A stretch of DNA of 33,625 nt from Hormoscilla sp. (GCA_051439505.1 JBFRWI010000041.1:1-33625); one strand, 5' to 3'; positions 9,341 to 19,206 are shown, counted from the first letter of the stretch. A program made the numbers and translations. Notes: a model not told the origin generated them from the sequence alone.

Positions 9341-10204
9341 TTAAAGAGTGCTGCGGATCTTCAAATCCTGATAGAATTCCTCTTGGGATAATTCAACCTT
9401 AGACTGAGCTGACAGCAACAGTAATGCCCAAAAAACACCAACTTTGTCCTGTTTTGGCTGCGATGCCAACAGATGTTCCAGGTCCAACCAATCAGATCCT
9501 TGAGTCATTTGAGACCAGTTTAAGCTGAGAAAATGTTCCAATTGCTCGGCAACTTCAGACAAATTTTCTTGGTGAGCCAGTTGGCTAATAGCACGAGCAG
9601 TTTCAGCTCGGTTGAGAGAACTTTTGCGTCGTGTGGGAATTCTTTGAGGCTGCTGTGCCATAGTTTTAGTCATCAGTTGCAACTGCTCGATCAATTCCTG
9701 TAATGTCACTCGACGTTGCTGAGGTGGTCTGGCGACGGCGCGACGTCGCAACTGGCGTTCTAGATGCAGGGGCAACTTTTGTTTGAGTGAAGCATCTGAT
9801 GGATCTTCGGACTCAAACTCCTCTGGGAACATTTCGGAATTTTCTGGAACTGGAGCAAGACTATCAGCTTTCAGCAGAACTAACATTGATGCATACAAAA
9901 AAATTTGCCCCGATTGGGATAACTCAGCTTCAACAGTTATAGTATCATCATTGCTATTGAGTGCCCTTAACTGACTCAACACCCGGTCAATCACATCAAT
10001 CACCTGTACGTCCCAGGGGTCGATTTCTCCTCGCTGGGCCATATCAATCAGCAAAGCAATGCCGATCTCCTCTGGACGATAGGAAATCTGGGAATCTTGC
10101 ATCTGTCCGATGCTATTGAAATTCCCAGAAGAGACCCTTTCATTAGTAATGCCGTAGTCCCGATCGAGGTTCTCGCTTATACCAGGTGATAGCTCAGAAT
10201 TCAT
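9341..10204 (-). CDS. scpA: Segregation/condensation protein A (kleisin)
   Basis: IALLIDMAQRGEIDPWDVQVIDVID, FLYASMLVLLKA, RRVTLQELI, VFWALLLLSAQSKVELSQEEFYQDL. Start uncertain: ATG 10204, ATG 10102 or track 10282. Confidence 0.92.
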   Translation of the reverse strand: MNSELSPGISENLDRDYGITNERVSSGNFNSIGQMQDSQISYRPEEIGIALLIDMAQRGEIDPWDVQVIDVIDRVLSQLRALNSNDDTITVEAELSQSGQIFLYASMLVLLKADSLAPVPENSEMFPEEFESEDPSDASLKQKLPLHLERQLRRRAVARPPQQRRVTLQELIEQLQLMTKTMAQQPQRIPTRRKSSLNRAETARAISQLAHQENLSEVAEQLEHFLSLNWSQMTQGSDWLDLEHLLASQPKQDKVGVFWALLLLSAQSKVELSQEEFYQDLKIRSTL

Positions 10205-10348
10205 TTGACTTCGATCCCAACAAAATAGACAGTTGCTAACATAATCCAGCTCGTTAGTATCACGCTTCACGCCAATCTCCAAATTCTCTGGGACTTTGTC
10301 AATGCAGAAGCCGTCATCTGAACAACAGTTGAGACTTTGTTATTGTGA

Positions 10349-10702
10349 TTATACCCGATCGCTCTCCTGGACAGCAGGTGGCAGCTTTGCTTGAAAATCT
10401 TGCAATTGTATTTTGTAGCTCTCAAGATCTTGCTCTAAGAGATCGATCTGCTTATCTCTTTCTCGAACTGCCTTGACACCTTGACGAGATACCATCATAT
10501 CTTGCAACCGGCTCCAGACACTAAAAATCCAAGCTAAAACTGCTCCTACTCCCATTGCCAGAATCAGTTCAACAGCAAGAGGAGCTTGTATTTGAACTCC
10601 TTCGACGAGTTTAACAGTGGCAGGTTCCGTATTTTGCAGGCTGAATATAATCAGGGCCAAGCCAAATACAAAAATGAGCAAAAAATTAATTTGTTGTCGC
10701 AT
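10349..10702 (-). CDS. LapA-family (lipopolysaccharide assembly protein A-like) membrane protein
   Basis: Two TM segments with the FSLQN motif and APLAVELILAMGVGAVLAW, then a C-terminal coiled coil. Confidence 0.8.
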   Translation of the reverse strand: MRQQINFLLIFVFGLALIIFSLQNTEPATVKLVEGVQIQAPLAVELILAMGVGAVLAWIFSVWSRLQDMMVSRQGVKAVRERDKQIDLLEQDLESYKIQLQDFQAKLPPAVQESDRV

Positions 10703-10932
10703 GGCGCTATTGGTGAAAAACTTCTCTTACAATTCTTGCAATTATAGCAAATGATAGCTATTTTAACATTGGATATGTAGTTTAAGAAAATCTCGCTCTT
10801 CTCAAAGCTCAAGCAAAATTCGTAAAAGTCAATGGTTCATGACTATTAAGCCATGAACCGCTAACCACAAACAATTGTACCAATATCCCGCTCGATTAAC
10901 TGCTACATTCTCGACATCGGCATGGTAAATTA

Positions 10933-12171
10933 TTACTGTTGATTGCGAAATTTTGACGCCAGTTGCAAAATTTTTTGCCAGTGCTTTTGTACTTGTTTGG
11001 GTTTACATTGGAGAGATGAGGCAATCTCAGTCTCGCTGACACCAGATTTTTTGAGCTGCAATATCTGTTGCTGTTCTGGGGAAAGTTTTTCTACAAAATT
11101 AGACCAATTAGCAGCTGTCATGCCCAGATTTTGCTCTAGATCGGCACCCAACCATTGATGCACTAGCTGCCATTGGTGAGAACGGGAGAACTTTTCTACA
11201 TGATACTTGAATCGCTGTTGCAGGTAATCCCGCTGACGCGGTGAAAGACCGAGGGCGCGATCGATCTCTGAAGCAGGGAAGTCTTGGAGTTTAAGATTGA
11301 GATAATCAATACATTCAAATTGTTTTTGAGATTCCAGGTATTGCATCAGTTCCGAGATCACCCGATCGCGCAATATGTCTTCAGATGGATCGACCACAGC
11401 AGCAACCATTTTCTCCCGGACCTGGGCAATGGCGGGGTTACGGCTGTGAATTTCAGCTTCTTCTCCCTTGCCAGATTCTACAGCCATTTCAATATCTAGG
11501 GACATTTCTGGGGGTTGGCGGCGAGCAAAATTCTGAGCCCGCAGTACGATCAACCTCTGGGTTATTCCCCGTGGCAAATTTATTTTCCGCTTGGCATAAT
11601 GCTCAGTAAAAGTCATATATTCTGCCAATTCCAGTCTGGTACGGGGGGTGTAATCTTCTGGTAGTTGATGTTCTCTCCGGAAGGCTTTCAGGGTTTCGAC
11701 GTAGAAGCTTTGCAGGAAATCTTCAATCAGATTGTACCGGGCATTGAAGCCTAACTGAGAACTGTTATTGGTTATATGGCTGTAAATCATTACGCTCAGG
11801 TTGCTGTGTAGTTCGCTGCGCCCTTGAAGAGAACCTAGTTGATAATATTCTAGACATTGAGCCAACCGATGTCGTGCTAATGTCAGCTGCCAGGAACTGA
11901 TAATGCCAGAGCGAGCGATGCGATCGCTCTTGTCACAAATCCGCTGCACTTCGGTAGCTATCCGAGTTATCACTGCACGAGCTGATTTACTGGTAGTTGT
12001 CCCGATCGCCGCCTGCAATTGAGTCCATAGTACCTCAACTAAGGCGATTGTGTCCATAGCTGTCTCGGTCGGGGTAAAAACAGGCTGACCTTGATAACTA
12101 GCAGAGTCTTTGACTGGCGGCAAATCTACAAGGGACTGGCTGCAAGGATTTACTTGTGTGGCGTTCATCAT
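10933..12171 (-). CDS. HetZ-related protein (putative DNA-binding regulator, C-terminal sigma-70 region 4-like HTH)
   Basis: LIEDFLQSFY, ELAEYMTFTEHYAKR, LIVLRAQ.F, RQRDYLQQRFKYH..KF...H.WQLVHQWLGADL motifs of the HetZ family. ATG 12171 has AGGAG upstream; the track starts at GTG 12240. Confidence 0.82.
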   Translation of the reverse strand: MMNATQVNPCSQSLVDLPPVKDSASYQGQPVFTPTETAMDTIALVEVLWTQLQAAIGTTTSKSARAVITRIATEVQRICDKSDRIARSGIISSWQLTLARHRLAQCLEYYQLGSLQGRSELHSNLSVMIYSHITNNSSQLGFNARYNLIEDFLQSFYVETLKAFRREHQLPEDYTPRTRLELAEYMTFTEHYAKRKINLPRGITQRLIVLRAQNFARRQPPEMSLDIEMAVESGKGEEAEIHSRNPAIAQVREKMVAAVVDPSEDILRDRVISELMQYLESQKQFECIDYLNLKLQDFPASEIDRALGLSPRQRDYLQQRFKYHVEKFSRSHQWQLVHQWLGADLEQNLGMTAANWSNFVEKLSPEQQQILQLKKSGVSETEIASSLQCKPKQVQKHWQKILQLASKFRNQQ

Positions 12172-12467
12172 CGCTTCTCCTCTGGGTGAGTAGTTTTTGT
12201 TGCTCTCTACAATTCGACTGTAGGCAACCATAACTCTCACTCTCTAGGAGCATGTACAGTTCCTGATAGGAACACAGGTTCTGGGAATATAGGACTATGA
12301 AGATCCAGGAAGTTCTGGTAGCTATAACCCTTGCCACTCCAAGACTAGAGGCTGTTTCCGCCAGCCCAGGGGGGGTGAGTCCCGGTAGCGTGACAATCGA
12401 GAAACTGTCCTGCCGTTCTTTTCCCGCAGAGGTCACCCATCAGGGGGAGCTTGGCTAAAGGAGGGGA

Positions 12468-13121
12468 CTAAATCCATGCTGCTGCTGCTTCCCAGCCCAG
12501 TCCTTGCCGGACGATCGCCAGCTCATTATTTGTAAAGTCCAGAATGGTGGAAACCTGATATGTCAGTTCGCAGGAGTCATCGACTATCACGTCTACCAAT
12601 TTTTCCAGACTGTCAAATAGTTCAGCTGTCGAGGTATAATCTGATGTCTTGGGTGCTGGTGCCATCTCTTCGGAACCCACTAAATGAGCTGAAGTCGAAA
12701 TAATGGGATTGCCTAATTCCTTGAGTAATTCCTGGCACACGGGATGAGCGGGAACGCGAATGCCGGTGGTTTTGCGTTTCGGTGCCATCACCAGTCGCGG
12801 CACCAATTTGGTGGCTGGCAAGAGGAAGGTGTAGGGCCCTGGAATCAGATGTCTCATAATCCGATAAGCCGAATCCCTGACGGTGGCATAACTGGCCACA
12901 TTAGACAGGCTGGAACATAAAAAGGTCAAGGGCTTATCGTTAGACAGCTGCTTGATGCGCCTGACTCGTTCTACTGCCGATTTCACGTTAAGATCGCAAC
13001 CGATCGCATAAACTGTGTCCGTGGGATATAACATCACGGCACCATCCCGAAGAGCATCCCTAATCTCTTCTATCAGGCGTCTTTGGGGTGTTTCGGGATG
13101 GACTATGTAGATGGTGGCCAT
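12468..13121 (-). CDS. Sua5/YciO/YrdC family protein (L-threonylcarbamoyladenylate synthase-like)
   Basis: YPTDTVYAIGC, KPLTFLC, PGPYTFLL, GIRVP, PIISTSA, STILD. YciO-like rather than certain TsaC. Confidence 0.92.
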   Translation of the reverse strand: MATIYIVHPETPQRRLIEEIRDALRDGAVMLYPTDTVYAIGCDLNVKSAVERVRRIKQLSNDKPLTFLCSSLSNVASYATVRDSAYRIMRHLIPGPYTFLLPATKLVPRLVMAPKRKTTGIRVPAHPVCQELLKELGNPIISTSAHLVGSEEMAPAPKTSDYTSTAELFDSLEKLVDVIVDDSCELTYQVSTILDFTNNELAIVRQGLGWEAAAAWI

Positions 13122-13147
13122 ATTGATATTGCTGATAATTATTAAGG

Positions 13148-14431
13148 ATGAACAAGTTAGCTTATCTGGAATGTCCTACTGGCATTGCCGGTGATATGTG
13201 CTTAGGGGCACTGGTGCATGCGGGTGTCCCCCTAGATTACCTGATTGATAAACTCTCGAACCTGGGAATTTCTGATGAATACCAGATGAGGGCAGAACTG
13301 GTCCAGCGTAATGGCCAGCAGGCAACTAAAGTCTATGTGGATCTATTGTCATCTGACCATTCCCATGATGAACAGGATCGCTCTCACGGGACAAACTCTG
13401 AAGAACTCCATTCCCATGCTCCGACACGCCATTTGCCAGAAATCGAACAGATGATTTATACTGCTGGCCTGCCAACCCAGGCAGAAACTTGGAGTTTGGC
13501 TGTGTTTCGGAAGTTGGCCTCCGCGGAAGGGGCCGTACATGGCATTCCTCCAGAACGGGTACATTTTCATGAGGTGGGTGCTACGGATGCGATCGTGGAT
13601 ATTGTCGGTACTTGTTTGGGGTTGGACTGGTTGGGCATTGACCGGCTCTATTGCTCGCCTCTACCGACTGGTGGTGGCACGGTGCGGGCGGCCCACGGTA
13701 AGTTGCCGGTGCCGGTGCCAGCGGTGCTGAAGCTATGGGAAATGGGCCAGGTTCCGGTTTATAGCAATGGCATAGAGCGGGAACTGGTGACTCCTACCGG
13801 AGCGGCGATCGCCACTACCCTTGCCACTAGGTTTGGTCCTCCACCTGCCATGACTATTCATAGCCTGGGGCTAGGTGCCGGTTCCCACTCACTGCCTCTT
13901 CCTAATATCCTCCGTTTGTGGATTGGATCGGACCGGCCTGGGGAAGAGGATGTGCCAGGCCCTAATTTAGAAACGATCGGGGTTTTAGAAACGCAAATTG
14001 ATGATTTGAGTCCCACCGGCGTAGCCTATGTATTTGACGCCCTGTTTGCTGCTGGTGCTGTGGACGTATTTACCCAGCCTATTGTCATGAAAAAGTCCCG
14101 ACTGGGGGTGCTGCTAACGGTAATTTCTCCTCCAGAAAAGTTGTCAGCTTGTGAAGCTATCCTCTTTCGCGAGACTACCACTTTAGGGATCAGGCGATCG
14201 CTCCAGCAGCGCTCTATTTTGCGGCGTGAAATTCAACCAGTGCAGACACGCTATGGTCCCGTGCGGGTGAAGATTGCTTGGACTGGTAATGATATCAGCA
14301 ATGTCCAGCCAGAATACGAAGATTGCGCCCAGTTAGCTAGAACACATAATCTCCCTTGGCGGCAAGTTCATCAACTGGCGCTGCAATGCTGGGAGCAAAT
14401 GAAGAGTGATTTGGGCCTCTTGGCTGACTAA
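13148..14431 (+). CDS. larC: Nickel pincer cofactor biosynthesis protein LarC (single full-length ORF)
   Basis: [11 protein letters not shown], His-rich loop, [55 protein letters not shown]. Confidence 0.95.
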   Translation: MNKLAYLECPTGIAGDMCLGALVHAGVPLDYLIDKLSNLGISDEYQMRAELVQRNGQQATKVYVDLLSSDHSHDEQDRSHGTNSEELHSHAPTRHLPEIEQMIYTAGLPTQAETWSLAVFRKLASAEGAVHGIPPERVHFHEVGATDAIVDIVGTCLGLDWLGIDRLYCSPLPTGGGTVRAAHGKLPVPVPAVLKLWEMGQVPVYSNGIERELVTPTGAAIATTLATRFGPPPAMTIHSLGLGAGSHSLPLPNILRLWIGSDRPGEEDVPGPNLETIGVLETQIDDLSPTGVAYVFDALFAAGAVDVFTQPIVMKKSRLGVLLTVISPPEKLSACEAILFRETTTLGIRRSLQQRSILRREIQPVQTRYGPVRVKIAWTGNDISNVQPEYEDCAQLARTHNLPWRQVHQLALQCWEQMKSDLGLLAD

Positions 14432-14597
14432 TGCTGCTTCCTCAGAGTCCGACGTTAGATCTCAAACTTTACCGACAGGGATCCTGCAGAACTGACGACT
14501 CTGACTCTTCTGGAGACGGCGACTGATGCTGCTGCTTCGCCAAGCCAATGTTAGATCGGATCTCTTCGCTGTCTGCCCAAGGAGATCGAGGGGTGTG

Positions 14598-15908
14598 TTA
14601 TGCAATTACTTCTGGAAAATATTCTCGTTTTCTTACTTCATTGCTTTGAGAAAATACTCGATAATTATCTAAGTCAGCTAGAGATAAATCGGCCCGATTG
14701 GCATTATTCATTTCGATCAAATTGTATTTGACATTGTCGGCAGAAATTGTCAATGCTATATTCAATACTTCCATGAAATTTATCACCCATTGACATTCTG
14801 ATTCCGGATAATCTTGATAGCAATTGAGCAAGTCCGCTATCTTGGCTTCTAAATGTACTCTCGCTGGCTTACATATTAAAATTATTTTCATAATCACAAT
14901 TACCAGATGCAGTGAATTTCCTTGAGAGAGCAGAATAATGAATAAGCTAGAAGGCGATCGCCTATTTTCGGTTGTTAAATATTCTATGACGCGATTACAT
15001 GTTCGCAGCAGTAAAGCTTTTGTCAAGATTTGCTCGTGATAATCGTGATAAAGCTTTGCTAACTTGGGAGATAAATTCGCCTTCATCCTCTCGACAAAGA
15101 CGGGATTGTCTAACTCAAAAGCTAGATATTCTTGGAGACTTTGCTTAAATTCTTTGTAGCTAATTCCTTGAGTTTTTTGAATGAAAAAATCGGCTAGGTT
15201 ATTATAGCTATGCCGGCCCCGTTTGGATAAAATTATTTTAATTAAGCGCAGCACCCCATTCCCCAAGGTCGTCGGGTTTTTGGGGCTATCCTTTCTCGAC
15301 TCAGAACGAGCAGTATACATCGCTAGATCGAACTTGAACTGTTCTTTCAGTTCTAGCGATCGCGCCCTGGCAGCGTTCCTTTGTTCTACTGAGTTGTTGA
15401 AATTGACATATTGAGGCACTAATAGATAAGCTGCATAACGCTGACTCCAATCTTTCGACCGATCGTCCAGCTGTCCGTATTTAGCACAGAAGAGTTTTAA
15501 ATCTTGATATTCTTTGCCGTTGATGAATGCTTTTAGCCAGCTTCTCAGTCGCTTGATTGTGGGAGAGTAGCTATATTGTTCGATAATTGGGGCTGTAAAA
15601 ATTTCCACTAAACCCTGGATCGTTTCGTGCTGTCTGGACTCTTCCCAGTTATTCACTAAGATATAACAGCAACGCTTAATTGTATTAATAAATTCTGACT
15701 CGATGTTGGCAAGGATAATATTGTCTAGAGCTTGTTGCGCTTTTGTTTGTTTGGCGCGATCGCCTTCATGAATAAATAGCTGCTTAAATTCCGCTAATAC
15801 TTTTTCGGGAGGTTGCTGCTTGACAATCTCGATGAAAAAGCCATAGATAATTTCCTGAGACTCAGCAATCTTGAGCCTCAACTGACTTGACTTCATTTGC
15901 ACATCCAT
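14598..15908 (-). CDS. Hypothetical all-alpha cyanobacterial protein
   Basis: 436-aa ORF with helical composition (IKRCCYILVNNW, FKFDLAMY, LLLRTCNRVIEYLT); function not recognised. Confidence 0.85.
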   Translation of the reverse strand: MDVQMKSSQLRLKIAESQEIIYGFFIEIVKQQPPEKVLAEFKQLFIHEGDRAKQTKAQQALDNIILANIESEFINTIKRCCYILVNNWEESRQHETIQGLVEIFTAPIIEQYSYSPTIKRLRSWLKAFINGKEYQDLKLFCAKYGQLDDRSKDWSQRYAAYLLVPQYVNFNNSVEQRNAARARSLELKEQFKFDLAMYTARSESRKDSPKNPTTLGNGVLRLIKIILSKRGRHSYNNLADFFIQKTQGISYKEFKQSLQEYLAFELDNPVFVERMKANLSPKLAKLYHDYHEQILTKALLLRTCNRVIEYLTTENRRSPSSLFIILLSQGNSLHLVIVIMKIILICKPARVHLEAKIADLLNCYQDYPESECQWVINFMEVLNIALTISADNVKYNLIEMNNANRADLSLADLDNYRVFSQSNEVRKREYFPEVIA

Positions 15909-16034
15909 AAAAGAAACCTGGTTGCTCGACCTGAATCACCGGCTACCAGTCTATCGATACAGGGTAAAACTGCTACTGGAGAGAATTATAGGCCATAACT
16001 CTCTCCCTAATTAAAAATATCAGATATCTGAGAA

Positions 16035-16359
16035 TGGGGGCAGAGGGACTTGAACCCTCACGACCTTTGGGGTCAACGGATTTTCATCCTCCCGCAGCTT
16101 TCGCTGCTGCCATGACCGGCTTTGAGAATTGGACCCTCCCTTTACCCTCGACTTGACGTTAGGGTAGCTCCCGTCGGGCCTCTGCACCTTCCGATTTTGT
16201 CATCATTTGTCTATTGACAACTGTTTCGGCTTGGCTCAGGATTGCCTTGTCTGTTGCCAGATTTAGGTTTCCCTGAATTTGAGAGCTTCCACTTGGCCGA
16301 TTTCTCCACCAAGGCTCAGTTTTCTAAGTCCGTAGCGTCTACCATTCCGCCATGCCCCC
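16035..16359 (-). tRNA. trnL-UAA: tRNA-Leu(UAA) interrupted by a group I intron; exons 16326..16359 and 16035..16084
   Basis: 5' exon GGGGGCATGGCGGAATGGTAGACGCTACGGACTT. 3' exon AAAATCCGTTGACCCCAAAGGTCGTGAGGGTTCAAGTCCCTCTGCCCCCA. Acceptor stem GGGGGCA/TGCCCCC, long variable arm, anticodon U^AA. Confidence 0.96.
16085..16325 (-). ncRNA. Group I intron (IC3, cyanobacterial/plastid trnL type), 241 nt, no ORF
   Basis: Conserved blocks on the minus strand: GAGCCTTG, AAATTCAGGGAAACCT (P), AATCCTGAGC (Q), GTGCAGAGGCCCGACGG (R), AAAGGGAGGGTCC (S); ends in the terminal G. Confidence 0.94.
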
Positions 16360-16587
16360 TTGGCACGTAAGCTGGGTGGTTTATCTACACAACTTTTTTA
16401 TCATATCATCATTTATCACTCTGTGCAAGGGGATCTGAAAAAAAATTTTTTCCTCTATGTGCCGGCACCCTTCTATCTTACCCTAGCGGGGAAATTTTGG
16501 GGTAGCAAGGGGTAAAATGGTTGAGATAACTGGCATCTATCGCCAATGTGCGAGATTTTGCTTGACATTTGAGGAGCTTTATGGTAT

Positions 16588-16812
16588 ATGGACGATAATT
16601 CGCTGACTTTGCTGGTGTATGGGGGACTGGCGGGAGCTTACCTGCTGGTGGTGCCGTTGCTGCTGTTTTTCTACCTGAAGCTCCGGTGGTACTCATGCAG
16701 TTCCATTGAGCGCCTGTTGATGTACTCGGGGGTGTTCTTGTTTTTCCCAGGTCTTTTGCTGTTGGCCCCGTTGTTGAATTTGAGACCCAGACGACGTCCG
16801 ATCGCAGGATAA
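16588..16812 (+). CDS. ndhL: NAD(P)H-quinone oxidoreductase subunit L
   Basis: [10 protein letters not shown]...[32 protein letters not shown], in the ndhL-DUF3007-trpA order. Confidence 0.93.
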   Translation: MDDNSLTLLVYGGLAGAYLLVVPLLLFFYLKLRWYSCSSIERLLMYSGVFLFFPGLLLLAPLLNLRPRRRPIAG

Positions 16813-16831
16813 GCATTTGGAGGCCAAGATC

Positions 16832-17131
16832 GTGCGACGAATTGATGTGATTGGCATTGGTTTGGCAGTTTTTGCCGCTGGGGGGATAGTATATTTGCTC
16901 TTCCAGCTGGCGGGACTGGACGGGGTGTCGGCGGGTATCTGGAGTCAGGCGGTGCTGGTGGGTGGGTTGGTACTCTGGGTGCTGACTTACCTGTTCCGCG
17001 TTCTGACTCAGAAGATGACTTACAATCAACAGCTCAAAGATTATGAAACGGCTGTTTTGGAAAAACGCTGGGAATCTCTGACGCCGGAAGAAAAAGCTAA
17101 ATTTCAGGCGGAATTGGAACAGGAAAAGTAA
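16832..17131 (+). CDS. DUF3007 family membrane protein
   Basis: RRIDVIGIG..., [20 protein letters not shown]....MTY.QQLKDYE. GTG 16832 follows GGAGG; the track starts at 16817. Confidence 0.88.
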   Translation: MRRIDVIGIGLAVFAAGGIVYLLFQLAGLDGVSAGIWSQAVLVGGLVLWVLTYLFRVLTQKMTYNQQLKDYETAVLEKRWESLTPEEKAKFQAELEQEK

Positions 17132-17922
17132 TGACTTCGATATCGGAATGCTTTGAAAATCTGCGATCGCGCCATATTCCGGCTCTCATTCCTTTTATAA
17201 CAGCTGGGGATCCGGATTTAGAAACGACTGCACAAGCGTTGCAGGTTTTAGACAAGAATGGTGCGGATATTATTGAGCTGGGAGTTCCTTATTCTGACCC
17301 CTTGGCAGATGGACCGACGATCCAGGCGGCGGCAACTAGGGCTTTGGCGAAGGGAACGAAGTTAGAACAGGTTTTGGATATGGTGGCACGGGTGAGTCCC
17401 ACCTTGACTTCCCCCCTGATCCTGTTTACCTACTATAACCCGATTTTGCATCGGGGCATAGAAGATTTCCTCGATCGCATTGCTGCTGCTGGGGTGCGGG
17501 GGTTGGTGGTCCCGGATCTGCCTTTGGAAGAGGCCCAGGTGGTGCTCGAACCTGCTTCTGAAAGGGGTATTGAAGTGGTTTTGTTGGTGGCACCGACTAG
17601 CCCTCAAGATCGAATAGAATCGATCGCCCTTCAGTCTCAAGGCTTTATCTATTTGGTGAGCGTGACGGGGGTCACGGGGATGCGATCGCAGTTGGGAACG
17701 CGAGTGGAAGATTTACTCGGACAATTGCGTTCCGTTACTGATAAACCTATTGGCGTGGGTTTTGGCATCTCTAAACCGGAACAGGCTCGTCAGGTGATCG
17801 CATGGGGGGCCGATGCGGCGATCGTTGGTAGCGCTATTGTCAGAATGTTGAACGAACAGGGACTTGAGGCGATCGGGCATTTTTGCCAGAGTCTTAAGGA
17901 TGGAATGCTGAACAAGACTTGA
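17131..17922 (+). CDS. trpA: Tryptophan synthase alpha chain
   Basis: [50 protein letters not shown]. Confidence 0.98.
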   Translation: MTSISECFENLRSRHIPALIPFITAGDPDLETTAQALQVLDKNGADIIELGVPYSDPLADGPTIQAAATRALAKGTKLEQVLDMVARVSPTLTSPLILFTYYNPILHRGIEDFLDRIAAAGVRGLVVPDLPLEEAQVVLEPASERGIEVVLLVAPTSPQDRIESIALQSQGFIYLVSVTGVTGMRSQLGTRVEDLLGQLRSVTDKPIGVGFGISKPEQARQVIAWGADAAIVGSAIVRMLNEQGLEAIGHFCQSLKDGMLNKT

Positions 17923-18028
17923 TCCCAGTAATTCTTTCTATTCGCTGTTAGAGCGCCGGGGAAAAGATGGAATGCTGAACAAGAGATGATCGGAGAAATT
18001 TACTCTCTTCGCTGTTAGCCCGCCGGGG
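17899..18028 (+). repeat. Imperfect 67-bp tandem duplication of the trpA 3' end and downstream DNA
   Basis: GATGGAATGCTGAACAAGA at 17899 and 17966, TTCGCTGTTAG at 17941 and 18008, CGCCGGGG at 17954 and 18021; all offsets are 67. Confidence 0.85.
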
Positions 18029-18074
18029 GTATCCCACCCCCGGCTAATAGCTAAAGTCGGTTGAAACCGACTGG
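18016..18074 (+). repeat. 59-bp two-hairpin dispersed repeat (second copy 24658..24716)
   Basis: TAGCCC-GCCGGGGGT ATCCC ACCCCCGGC-TAATAGCTAA-AGTCGGTT GA AACCGACT-GG. Confidence 0.8.
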
Positions 18075-18203
18075 GAATATAATAAAACAGATTACTGATT
18101 TCTAGCCAGAAGGATCGGGGTAAAAATGGGCGATCGCCTCTACAAAATCAACCCAGTTTATGGCCCCAGTACGTGCCCATAACTGTCCAGATCTGTTCTT
18201 ATC

Positions 18204-18590
18204 TCAACTAAACATACCACTGCTTAAATGAGAGCGATCGCCACTTTTTTCAGATTTGAGATTTTTTTCCTTTAAGGTATTCTGAAGGGAATAGCGAGTA
18301 ATAAATTCTTCAAACAGGTCAAAAAAATTATCTAGTGCTTTCCTCTCATCCTCGGAATAAAAAAGAATAATGTTAGCCCAAGATTGGCTAGTTTGCACAT
18401 TATATCTTTGGCGAATCCACTCAGGAAACTCCCGAAAATTACGTTCTTGTTCCGTTTCCTGTTCTCCTAAATCATATTTCGCAACACTGTAACCTGACAA
18501 AAAAGCCTGAAGGCAAATTATTGAATGTCTTCCCAAGTACATTGCTGGAGCTTTCTTTATTTTTTCGATTATCCCATACAAATCCTGCAT
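18204..18590 (-). CDS. Putative immunity protein of the upstream papain-fold toxin
   Basis: 128-aa ORF 25 bp downstream of the toxin gene, with IKKAPAMYLG..SI..LQAFL.GY ... F.EWI ... W.NII ... FF.LFEEF; function inferred from position. Confidence 0.65.
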   Translation of the reverse strand: MQDLYGIIEKIKKAPAMYLGRHSIICLQAFLSGYSVAKYDLGEQETEQERNFREFPEWIRQRYNVQTSQSWANIILFYSEDERKALDNFFDLFEEFITRYSLQNTLKEKNLKSEKSGDRSHLSSGMFS

Positions 18591-18615
18591 TTTACCTCAT
18601 CCGTTTCCTACTTAA

Positions 18616-18999
18616 TTAAAATTCCTCTTCTCTAATCTGAAAATTTCCCATCCCCATTTCTATGGTAGGAGATGTTAAATTTTGTAACCATTCCTGTCTC
18701 CTAACACCACTACCATCTATATTATCAAAAATGATTTCTTCTCCCTCAATGGTAATTGATATTCCTTCATGGTAGCCATTAGTAGCGATTTGCTGCTCTC
18801 CTTTGAGATCGTAAATCACGGACCAAGGTAAATCCCGTCTTCCTAAATCCAGCTTTACTTGCTTCCCTTTTACTTTTATGCTTATCAAGAATTCTTTAAT
18901 TGCTTGACTGCATTCAACACATCGAAAAACTCCATATTGACTGGCAATTGCCGCAATCTCCTTTCTAATGGCATTTAAATTATCCCGATCTAAACTCAA
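18616..18999 (-). CDS. Stand-alone papain-fold toxin (Tox-PL-2-like) domain protein
   Basis: C-H-D pattern FRCVEC..AI ... IATNGYHEGI ... IFDN ... G....EW. TTG start with GAGG upstream. Confidence 0.78.
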   Translation of the reverse strand: MSLDRDNLNAIRKEIAAIASQYGVFRCVECSQAIKEFLISIKVKGKQVKLDLGRRDLPWSVIYDLKGEQQIATNGYHEGISITIEGEEIIFDNIDGSGVRRQEWLQNLTSPTIEMGMGNFQIREEEF

Positions 19000-19206
19000 A
19001 TAAACACTTCCTCTAGAATTACGACATTACCGGTTTTTGGGAGTTATCTAGATCCCTCTATTAACTTTAACATAATTTCTGCTAATTTTTGCCTCTTTAA
19101 CAAATATTTACATCAGATTTTTCGTTTGCGATCGCATGGCGGGCACGGCGGGTAACGCCCATCATCCGGGATTGGAATGCGATCGCCCCTTTTTTCCTCA
19201 CAAACA

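Noticed and set aside
12300..12467. c-di-GMP-I riboswitch upstream of the HetZ-related gene
   Set aside because: The minus strand has GGCAGGAC...CACGCTAC but lacks the GGCAAA, GAAA tetraloop and ACGCAAAG consensus.
16478..17029. 183-aa minus-strand ORF
   Set aside because: Antisense to the well-supported ndhL and DUF3007 genes.
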